Source of the DNA: Psammoneis japonica
Taxonomy: Eukaryota
Assembly: GCA_008632985.1 (NCBI GenBank)
Contig: QPGO01000002.1
Coordinates: forward strand, 434,001 to 498,000
Length of the DNA: 64,000 nucleotides
Reading direction: 5' to 3'
Positions 10,761 to 20,906 of this stretch are shown piece after piece; positions within the stretch are counted from its first letter, which is position 1, and every line of letters starts with the position of its first letter. The notes below the pieces were generated by a model. It had not been told where the DNA came from. It ran no database searches and worked only from the letters and a program-made list of their open reading frames with translations. A program made the position numbers and the translations under genes.

Positions 10761-13700
10761 GGTTGCTGTCAGCAGCACGAGGTGTCGGGAAGCATGCCAC
10801 TGCAGCAGGTGGAGGAGGTAGAGGCCAAACACAAGCGCCAGTGGTGACAGGCTGCTTGCATTGGAAAGGGAGATGTGAGTCGTCCAGTGAAGGTGATGGG
10901 TTGGAATGTGAACGAGCGGTGCGAGATGGAAAAACCGCCGTCAATGCAAGAGGTGTCTGAGCCCGTTTCAGGTGTCCCAAACCGGATCTCACTCAACAAA
11001 ACAAACGTTCCCTGTCTTTGTCATCACGAGCGCAAGCAGTGTCGGGGAGATTCGCGTTGTTGTTCAACAGCAGCGTTTACAAGACAGTGTCGTCGGAGCG
11101 GCCCATGGTTGTGCCGTGATAAAAAAAAGATGATTCTCGAGGCGGTCACAGCAATTCATCTGTCTGCCCGTCAAACAGGCTGCGTCCATGGACACCCAAG
11201 CTTTTGGTTTGTCAAAACACCATCTCAGATCCACTGCAAACACCCCCTTTTCAAAAGTTGAAGTGCGCCAAAGTTGACCTTGGATTGTTCAACTTCATTT
11301 TTTGAGCCAGCTGTCCAACCAAAAATCAATCTTGGCAGCTGACATAAAAAATGCAGCTGCAAAGTCAAAAAAAAACCTGAGCTGGGCTGAGCTCAATGTC
11401 CAAGCCAATGACCAGCAACAACAGCACTCTGCTCCCAGCTCAATTGTTGCCGGCTTGTGGCAACAAAAAAAAGACATTGATGGAGAGGTGACACAACTCA
11501 TTTGAACAGATGGGGCCACCCTGTTGCCAGCACAATGCGCTTGTGGTTGGCTTGCACATTTTTTAGACAAGCAAAACTGTGCAGAAGAAGAGAAGAACAA
11601 ATGTCATGCCATTGCTTGATCTGCCATGCACTGGCCAAGTTCAGCATGGCACAAACAGCTCCATGATTCTTGCCGCATCCATTGCTCCAGGTGCCTGGTG
11701 GCTTGTGTTTGTGGCCACACCATGGGAGACAGCAACAGTGTTTTGTGCTGCAACAAATGAGCTGTTGCCTTTTGCACACATGAGATTCAAAAAGGGGAAG
11801 AGTGCACAATGCCATCAGATCTGCCACACATTGACTTTGGTCACACAGTCCAAGGCTTCATTTTTGATTCTGCCTTTGCTCTGGATGCTTTGTGGCTTGC
11901 ACTTGTGGTGTGACACAGCACGTGTGTGACAAACAATCTCTGTTGGATTCTGCACACACACAAGCCACCACATTTCACCCCTTGCTTTTTGCCATGTGCT
12001 GCACTCAATCAACACCATCAACTGTGCTGTTGCTTGTGTGGCAGGATTGGATGGGCAATCAGAGATGGCACCAAGGAAGAAGCCATGTTTGTCTGTTTGT
12101 GTGATTGAAGGCACTGGTGTTTGGCTTTGATTTTGACACATTTGTTTTTCACTTTTTCTGTTTGGCATGGTTTTGCGCATGTGCAAAGTCAAATGTTTGG
12201 CTTTTGGCGCATTTTGTTTTAGAAAAATCTCTGTTTTTGGAATGACTCTCAGTCTTGTTGAGTCCACAGAATTTGATCTGGTCTTGTGGGATGTGAGCCA
12301 AGGTTGCCAAGGCACACGCTGTGCCTGCACAAGGTTGAACTTTGGAGCAGCACAATTGTTGGAGCACAACCCAAGGCATGCCACATGTGAGTGATTTCAA
12401 TCCAGTGCCTGGAAGGTCACAAAAATCAGCTGCATCAAAGAGATGTGTTTTGCCATTGTGGCACCTTTTCAGATGCCTCAGCAAAAGGGCTCCCACCCCC
12501 ATGTCAGTGCCAAAAGAAGGTGCTGACAACCATGTCCTTCATCACAACACACAGCACACAGTGGCGCACAAGCTGGAGGCATCAGCATGATGCCCTCTCT
12601 CAGTGCAATGTTTTCACCATGCTCTGCTTTTGAGATGGCCCATTTTCTGAGCTTTGCAATGATGCAGGAAGCAATGACATCCTTTAAAATGACAGCATCA
12701 TTGACCAAGCAACTCAGCTCCACTTTGGGCTGCCCTCAAGATGCCTTGTTGTGGGATGTCATGATCATGTTGCATGCTCAGCACTTGACACACACAGCTG
12801 ACCATCTCTGAAATGACCCTGGCAAGAAACCACACAGTTGGCTTGCTGTCAAAGACAAACAAAGAGGTTGAACATGTCTGGTTGAAGAATGGCCTTGAGA
12901 GGGTGCCAGCATTGTTGACGCTGTTGCACCAGCTGACAGAGCAACAAAAAACAATGGAAGCTTGCCTTCAATCCTTAAAAACCAGTGCAAGCTGCCACTC
13001 AACATTTTTGACTTGCAGCACAATCTGCAAAATGGCAAGCACTGGAGGATCCAACCCCAGAGCCAGTGTTCACAATCACAACAAATCAATCTGTGAGCAC
13101 TCTGCATTTTTGACTTGACACTGTGTGCAAATGAAGCTGCTCCACAATTTCAGAAATGACATTTTGGCTGCACCATTTGCCCACCAGAAAAGGCTGCATT
13201 GGTTGGTGAGTTGACAGGAGCAAGTGAGCCAAACTGCTCTCATGCATTTCTGATGCAATCATTTTTGCCATGCTTGCAGTGAGGAGATCCAGAAAACTGC
13301 AACAGCCAGCTGGCCAAGGAACCTGTGAAATGGAAAAATTTTGCAAGCAAGTGGGCTTGGCAGTCACACAAGAGAAAAGTTTCCATGTCCTTTGTCACAT
13401 GCTCCTTTTGCCCCGCCATGTTTCCACTGTTGTGTTTGTGCTGCACTCTCAAACTTCCTGCCAATGATCTTGCAGGAACACCCACTGCGCCAGGGCCCAT
13501 TTGGAGAAAAGTGCACAGCAGCACTCTGATCCAAAAGATTCTTTGTCATGGCAGGGGTCGTTCTTGTTTGCAAAGAATCCTCCACACATGCATTTGCTCT
13601 CTCATGCTTCAAAGCACACAGCACTTTGCAAGAAAACACAAAGGTTTTGCCTTGTTTGGGTTTGTGCAATGCTCTTCTGCTGATTGCAGAAACTTCTCTG

Positions 13701-16700
13701 GAGGGAAGCAGATGTGGGTGAAAAATCTTCCGTTTGTCACCCAGCCCGTGCACAATGCAGGAGGGAAGCACACATTTGTTGGCCACCACTTGAAGCCCCT
13801 CAAAAGCAAAACAAATGTTTGCAAAGATGCCTCAAAAAGCAAAATGAATGTTGGCAAAGATGCCATGATTGTGCATGATGTGACTGGACTGATGCACAAA
13901 TTGTGGTGCATTGATGAGTGCAGCCCATGTGTTTTTTGTCGTTGTGTGCATGTGAGGAGTGCAAATGCACTCAAGCTCTGGGTGGGACCTTGTGACACTG
14001 GGGACTGTGAAAGAATGTTTTTAATTCATGCCTCAACCCCAATGTTTTGTTGCTGAGAAACTCCTCTTGCTTCCATGGTGCCACAATCAAAATCGGGTTC
14101 TTTGCACACATGAGTTCCTGTGCACAGCCCAGTTGCTCCCACAGCTTGTGTTGTGTCTTGCAGGGTGATTGCCAGTGTGCACTCTGGCACAAACAACTCC
14201 AAACACTTGGTGGGAAACAATCAAAGTCATGTCTGGATGACATCCCTGCATTTCAGCACCCTTTTTGCCAGCAATGACAGAGAAGGCCACAAGCAAGGCC
14301 TCATGGGCCCAGCGAGCAAGCCAGCCAAGGGGCCACAAAGCCTCGTGCTGAAAAATCTCCTTGATGACTTCTTGAGCCGTTGGCTCTCTGTGTGGTGGCA
14401 TGATGCGGCAACAACTTTTCTTCAAAATGGCAAAGGCAGGCTCAAGCTTTTCATTGGCATCCATCACATGTTCTCAAAAGACACTTGTGGTCTTTCTGTG
14501 GAAAGGACAGATGGAACAACTGCAGAGCCATGCACTCGAGCCAACTCATGCAATTCATTTTGTGACATGTTTTCATCCACAATTGGGCCCTCCAACAGTT
14601 CAGTCATTGCCCTGCATTGACCAAGACCCTTTTTGCTTTTCAAACAATGAAGCTCCAAGGATGGCCTGCATGTGCAGCTGATGCAACAAACACCTCTCTA
14701 GAGGAAACACATGCAAGGGCAAGATGCAATGAGCAAGAAGAGCCCTGACAGCTGCTCTCATCATGCTGAAAGTGACACCAGCTTGCACAAATCAGAGTGT
14801 GGGAGAGGGGGGCATCCTTGTTGTTGCAGAGAGATCATTGAAAAGACAAAAGTTGGCATGTGTCCATCCAGCTGCATGTGAGTTGCACCAGCCACACATT
14901 GTCGATCCTGTCTGACCGTGGCAACCAGAAAATTTTTTACCACAAAAAAATTTTTTGAACAAATTGTCCATGGCATCATTTCAAGCAGCTCCAGTGGGCT
15001 GCTGCAGCCTCTCCATGAACCAACATGGATTTCAACATGAGAACGGTGCTTTGCATCAAGAAGATGGAGGTCATGGCTGTCTTCTGTTGACTCACAACTT
15101 CTGATCACCATTGTTTTGTGTGCAAAAACTTGCTGACATGCCAAAGAGTCCCAAGGCTTTGCAGAGGAGGTGGTCGATGCAATGCTGGGGCAGAACAAAA
15201 AAGAGCTGACAGATCCTTCAAAAACACAGCAGCAGTCTGGGGGTGTTGGCTCTTGGCTCTTTAAGAAGACAGATGAGCTTGTTTTGTTGGAGCTGCGCTG
15301 CCAACAACAACAACCAGCGCGCACCCTCTGATGCTGTTGCAGATGGCTTTTTCAATGTGCAGGAACACTGACATCAGAAATGATGATTTTCCATTGTCTT
15401 TTGCATCAATTTGATTGTGGCAAGAGGGTGTGTCCAATGTGGAGATGTGTTGGTGCTCCACAATGTGTCGACTCACCTCTGTCATGAGTTGGTCTCTCAA
15501 TGACTGGCTCCCGTTTTGATGAATTTGGAGCTTTGCTTCCACTTCCACCAACTCTCCCTCCAAGTTGAGTCCCATGGTGGAGACACGGTGCTTGCCACAG
15601 TGCCCTCATGGTTGGCATCTAGAGTGGCATGCAGCAGCACATGCTGGTGTGGCAGCCATGGGTTTGTTCTCACATGATGATGTCTTTGCCAAACTGGATG
15701 CTGCGGCCAGCAATCAGAGATTCCAATTTTTGATGTTGACAACCAGAGTGCAAGAAAATGTCCATCTGCTGGAGCCAGCCCACACAAACTGTCTCATCTC
15801 CTGGATTGTGGCAGCAGCAGTGACTGAAGCATTGTGTGGTCTTTAAAAAATGTCAACAGGGCTCCTGACAGAGTGGCGCACTGTGCTGCCAATGCTGCTG
15901 CTCCACATCAGGATCTCAAAGCGGCACTCATCCAGCACCACACCATCTGCCAAAGATGACTCAACATCATTGGAAGCTGACTTGACACCCAAAAGAGAAA
16001 GAGTGTTGGGAGCAGCCACAACATCAACTGCGACACTTCAAACATTTGTGGAATTTGATTCAGCCCTGCACACGACAGTTCCAGCAAAGATCTTGGAATT
16101 CATGACCTTCCAAACGCCAGCTGGTGGACAGCAAAGATTGCTCTGACTTGCAGCTGCAACGTCAAGTGTGCTCTGTTGCAGAAAAGAGCTGCAGAATTGG
16201 GAAGGCTCCAGGATGCAAACAAAGCCAACACAGCCAAAGAAGCCCATGATTGCTTGACTCTCAAAACATTTTGAGTGTCACTTCACATGCTGCCACCAAT
16301 TTTAGAGACAAAACCAGCCATTTGCATGGTCACAATCATCCTTTGCACCCCATTGTTTTCAAGAAAACAGGTGTCACACAGAGTTGTTCAAGGAGATTTT
16401 CAGACAGCAACAAGTTGTGTGGGGAGGAGAAACCTGTTTGCAAAAACAAACAACAATTTGTGCATTTTTTAACAACTCTTTCACTTGGATCTTGCCTGCT
16501 GGCTCTTTTGCATTGCATCTTTGTCAGCCATGCAAAGACGTTTGCAAAACATCCCTGGACATCTCTGGGTGTTGCCTGGTTGCCAAGAAAATGCACCAAG
16601 AAGGGATCTGATGGTGTGGTTGCTTGACTCAAATTTGCAAAAAATTTGGTGGCAACGGTGAGACAGGGTCAACAACAGTCTCTGTCCAGAGTGGCTCCAG

Positions 16701-17489
16701 AGAGCAGAAAGTTGCTGCAGCTCTGAGCTCATGAAAAAAGGAAGAGGAAAAGGAGGAGAGCAGGAGAGAAAGAGAGAGGTGGAGTTCAAAGTGTGCACAT
16801 GACACCCACACCCAGACAACTGACATGCCTCAGGGCCTGTCAGGCCTTGACACAAAAAAAACCATGTCAGCAGCAACACCCGCTGCTCAATTTTGTCTGC
16901 AAACCTTTTCTCCTGCAAAAAATGCAAGTGCGAGACACTCTGTGTTTTTCTCTGACAAGTGTTTGCCCAAAAGAGAGGTGAGAGAAAATTCAAAAATGAA
17001 ACTCCCTTCTGTTGATGTTGCAGTGCTGCCAGCACCACATTCTCACAACTTGCACTTCTCAATTTCTGTTCACACTGGTCAGATCAACGAACACAGAACC
17101 TCTGCTTGTGTGGGGGCAATGACCCAACTCTCTCTGACAGTGAAAAAAACCTGTTGAGCACTGCTCCTTCACTTCACCACACTGCTGCCACACTCCACAC
17201 CAACACCCACAAGACTGGCATTGCTTGGTGCAGCCGGTGTTTGAAGATGGCACCACAGTTGGCGCAAAAGTCTGCTTTTGGCATTGGCAAGCATGGCAGT
17301 GCCGCCAGCACTGTTGACACACAGCCGCTGATCTGCAGTCTGCGGCTTGTGAAAAAGGCCACATGCAGAAGTGGCAGACAAGGTTGCCTTTGTCTCTGAA
17401 AGTCATGGGTGGCAACTGCTGAGATTGCCGACTGCAGCAGCACCCAAGTGCTCTTTTTCACATGATGCAATGAAGTGTTCATGTGGCAC

Positions 17490-17850
17490 AGGGAGTTGGT
17501 GGCATTGGAGCAGCTGTTTGCAGCATGGAAGTTGGCAGCATCGGAGCAGCTAGACAGAACAGAGTTGGCAATGTTGGAGTGGCAAGCCAGGTGGCATGGC
17601 AGTCGGTGGCACAGCAGGAGCAGCCAATTGGCACAGGGAGTGGGTGTGATGGTGTTGGAGCAGCCATGTGGCGTTGGAGTTTGCAGCAATGGAGTGGCCA
17701 GGCAGCGCGGGATTTGGCAGCATTGGGGTGGCTCTGCTGCGCAGCACAAGAGTCAAGGCACAGCCAGGCAGCATGGGAGCTGGCGGCACTTGAGCAGCCA
17801 GCTCTTGAGCAGAAATGCAGCGCGGGAGTTGGCGCCATTGGAGCAGCTGG
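17490..17850 (+). repeat. Degenerate tandem copies of a ~24-bp motif GGGAGTTGGYRGCATTGGAGCAGC
   Basis: About seven irregularly spaced copies (e.g. ~17491, 17527, 17562, 17709, 17775, 17824). Confidence 0.6.
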
Positions 17851-19158
17851 AAAGCAGAAGTCAGCCACAATGGAGCAGCAGGAGCGCCAGGGTGGCATGA
17901 GAGTCAGCAGTGCCAGAGCACCCACTTCTTGGAACAGGGAGTGGGTGGTGTGCTGGAATGCTGCTGCAGGTGTGTGGCGCGCCACAGGTTTGTGGTTTGT
18001 TTTGCATCGCCGAGCTCAAATCCATCATCACCAAGTTGAAAACTTGGGGTTGATGCCAACGTTGTTCTTCCATTTCTGCTCTGCATTGGAAATTCTTTGC
18101 TCCTGGCTGGGTGCTCATCAACACCAGATGAGAGCCAACCTTCTCAGCTGCACTTGTTCTCCGCATTCTTCCTCGGCTTGTGCATGGGACCTCTCCAACA
18201 ATTTGCAAAACACGCGCAACACTCGCTCCATGTCGACACTTGTTTTTCTCTGGCATGCTCCCGCCCTTTCTTTTTTTGTAGATCCGACTCTCATTCTCTC
18301 ACACACGAAGATTTGCTGGTGCTGGCATGTGTTGTGGTGTGGGCGCTTGCGCTGCCATTGGCTGCTGCTGCGCACAGTGTTGTTCTTTCTGACCTGCTCT
18401 TCATTGCTGCTGCAACGGATCTGATGTCAACACAGCTCAATCCACACCTTGCTGCGCCGCTGAAGGCTGTCACTCAGAAGCTTCTTCTGACATGGTCAGC
18501 GCTGCAAGTCAATGTTGACGCTGTTTTTCTCGCTTTGGCTTGCTGGCTTGTTGAGCAAAAGAAGTGCATGGGATCCACATTTCGCGCTGCTCATGTTGGC
18601 TGCATCCTGTTGCTGTTGCGAGCCAGCCAACCAAAGTCCCGTTCTTCGCCGTCACGGAGTCGCAGTTAGAGACTGTTTTGACTCACAGCAAAAATGGCAG
18701 CAAAAACTCGACCGTCGCAATCTGTGTTGCCATCATCATAACTGCTTTCAACTGCCCTTTTGAAACGACAAGAGGCATTGGGTGTTGATGAAACTCTATG
18801 CACCAAACACCGCTTGAACGCATCAAGAAACGCAATGTGCCATCAAAGCAAATGCACACCCATGAATAAATGCTTTCGTTTATTCGGGCCATCGTACGTC
18901 TTTGCGTTGGTTACGACTGCCGCACAGACCATGTCGAGCACGGAAGCTTACACCGTAAAAGTGGAAGAGACAAAGCAATAAGCTACACTGAAGAACTGGA
19001 AAATGCAAATGCAATTATAAAAAACATAAACTTTTTATTATGGCAAGCCTCCCACCGCCAAACCGGTGCTTGTTACAAAGAACATCTAAACCATCCATCC
19101 CTCTATCCTCAGTACTACCAAATGCCGCATTTGAGCGTATGACGATCAAGAGGGGCGA

Positions 19159-19906
19159 CTACCACTCGTGGTCTTCCTCAACAGAGTTATCGGCATCTAG
19201 TTCACGATACTTGGTGGACCTTCCGCCCTTGGTGCTGCCGCCATAGCCCATGCCCTTGCTGCTGCCCTTGCTGCTGCCCTTGGTGCTGCCGCCATAGCCC
19301 ATGCCCTTGCTGCCGTAGTAACCGCCATAGCCCATGCCCTTGCTGCCGTAGTAACCGCCATAGCCCATGCCCTTGCTGCCGTAGTAACCGCCATAGCCCA
19401 TGCCCTTGCTGCTGCCCTTGCTGCTGCCCTTGGTGCTGCCGCCATAGCCCATGCCCTTGCTGCCGTAGTAACCGCCATAGCCCATGCCCTTGCTGCCGTA
19501 GTAACCGCCATAGCCCATGCCCTTGCTGCTGCCCTTGGTGCTGCCGCCATAGCCCATGCCCTTGCTGCCGTAGTAACCGCCATAGCCCATGCCCTTGCTG
19601 CCGTAGTAACCGCCATAGCCCATGCCCTTGCTGCTGCCCTTGCTGCCGTAGTAACCGCCGTGTGGCAAAACCCGATGATGAGATGCCTGGCGGGAACACA
19701 AGAAAAGTGGGACGAAAAGAAATTGAGAACATTGCCAAAAAACCAGCAAATGACCTCCTCTCGACGTCGTTGCGCACGGTGCCAAAAAGACTCACATGGT
19801 TCTCGGCTTCGTCGGTCACGTCACCACCAGGCTTTCCGAAACGAAGTTTCGACGCAGACGCCACAGCGAGGGAGGCAATGAGAACAAGGATGGCGGCGAT
19901 TTTCAT
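19159..19906 (-). CDS. Secreted Gly/Tyr/Ser/Lys repeat protein, cingulin/silaffin-like (~212 aa; exons 19796-19906 and 19159-19686)
   Basis: Signal peptide MKIAAILVLIASLAVASA. A GTGAGT...CAG intron at 19687-19795 joins the exons in frame. RVL and REL (RXL processing motifs) flank GGYYGSKGMGY/GGSTKGSSKG repeats. Confidence 0.85.
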
Positions 19907-20029
19907 GTTCACGACGGAGACTGCTTCAAGGTTGCAAGTTTGTGTTTTTGTGGCAAGAGGTGCGGCAACTGTGAAAGGAAGATCGATTCTGATTCATGCA
20001 CGCCAAAAATTTTAGATTTTTAACAAGAA

Positions 20030-20620
20030 CAAAGTTTCCGTTGAATTTTGTTTTTATGATACTACTTTTATTAAAGATATTTGGCTTTAGATTATGAGTA
20101 TGATTGTTGTGCCTACCTTCTCTCCAAATTTCCCGCCAAAACAAACGGGATTGCGATGAAAAATTCGTTTCAACGGAAATACATTTAAAACATATTTTCC
20201 GTTGAATCATGCTAAGATAATGTATTATTAAAAAATTCACATAAGGGTTTGCCGCCCTAACGGGAATCAGATAAGGAATTCGTTCCAACGGAAATATTTA
20301 TTAAATAACATGTTTTCCGTTTAGGTATTAAATTCTCCATGTATACTACATAATTTGTGCCGCCCTTCTCTCTTTATTTCCCGCCAAAACAAAAAGGAAT
20401 GCGAAGGTTTCATTTGAAAATGAGACAAAAATCCGTTTAAAGCGCAAACAAGATTCATCCAACCGAAAATGCGTAAAAGTACAAGGTTAAATATATTATA
20501 TATCCCCCATTTTGTAATAGACTAAGTACAGCTGGAGAGGCGAGTATCATTCAAAGTGGAGGGAAAGCAGTGGATCCAAAATTTTATTAATGGCAGGAAT
20601 GTCTCCTTCAACGGAAACAG
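20030..20620. promoter_or_regulatory. AT-rich divergent intergenic region with nine AACGG/CCGTT (MYB/MSA-like) motifs and two TTTCCCGCCAAA (E2F-like) motifs
   Basis: AACGG/CCGTT at ~20038, 20144, 20172, 20199, 20259, 20287, 20317, 20433, 20610. TTTCCCGCCAAA at 20129 and 20377. Function is inferred. Confidence 0.45.
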
Positions 20621-20906
20621 GGTATAATAGTGTATTACAGTACTGCAGACTGGAAGTACAAGACAGAGTTAGACTGTAAGGCCTTATCTATCTTATCTAT
20701 GTAGGGCCCTGCCTACAGTGTACTGTACCTTACAGCATTGCATAGGGCCTTACAGATGTACGAGTAGGGCCCTACGTACTGTATGTACAGTACAGTAGTG
20801 AATGAACGGTTTCGCACAGCAGTGCGTGCGTGCTTGCGGTGTTGTTGTTGAGTGGCGGGTGGCGGGTGGAGATTAGTGGAGAGAGCGAAGAGAGAGAGAG
20901 CACAAG

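Larger units (their letters stand above)
5873..11158. mobile_element. Degenerate TIR DNA transposon, PIF/Harbinger-ISL2EU-like, with two convergent coding units
   Basis: ~130-bp imperfect inverted repeats at 5873-6000 and 11028-11158 (TGAATTGCTGTGACC.../...GGTCACAGCAATTCA; CTCCCCGACACCACTTGCGCTC/GAGCGCAAGCAGTGTCGGGGAG). DDE_Tnp_4-like motifs inside. True termini and TSD not identified. Confidence 0.7.
1..18850. other. TpA- and CpG-depleted, TG/CA-enriched hypermutated repeat/pseudogene domain 1
   Basis: TA is nearly absent over kilobases. ORF-track translations are Cys/His-rich and almost lack Tyr. Normal TA usage resumes abruptly near 18.85-18.9 kb (boundary approximate). Confidence 0.9.

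Noticed and set aside
11300..17400. Numerous 60-240 aa ORFs as genes
   Set aside because: No recognisable motifs; they overlap in all frames, as expected from stop-codon depletion.
1..18850. Alternative genetic code or foreign insert explaining Tyr-free ORFs
   Set aside because: The bias affects non-coding LTRs and both strands. Affected genes are frameshifted, and one is a relative of a normal gene in the same window.
19197..19912. Regular repeats resembling a CRISPR array; alternative-frame ORFs (AWAMAVTTAAR, GHGLWRLLRQQ)
   Set aside because: No unique spacers. Unit lengths are multiples of 3 and belong to the spliced GGYYGSKG frame, which has a signal peptide and RXL motifs.
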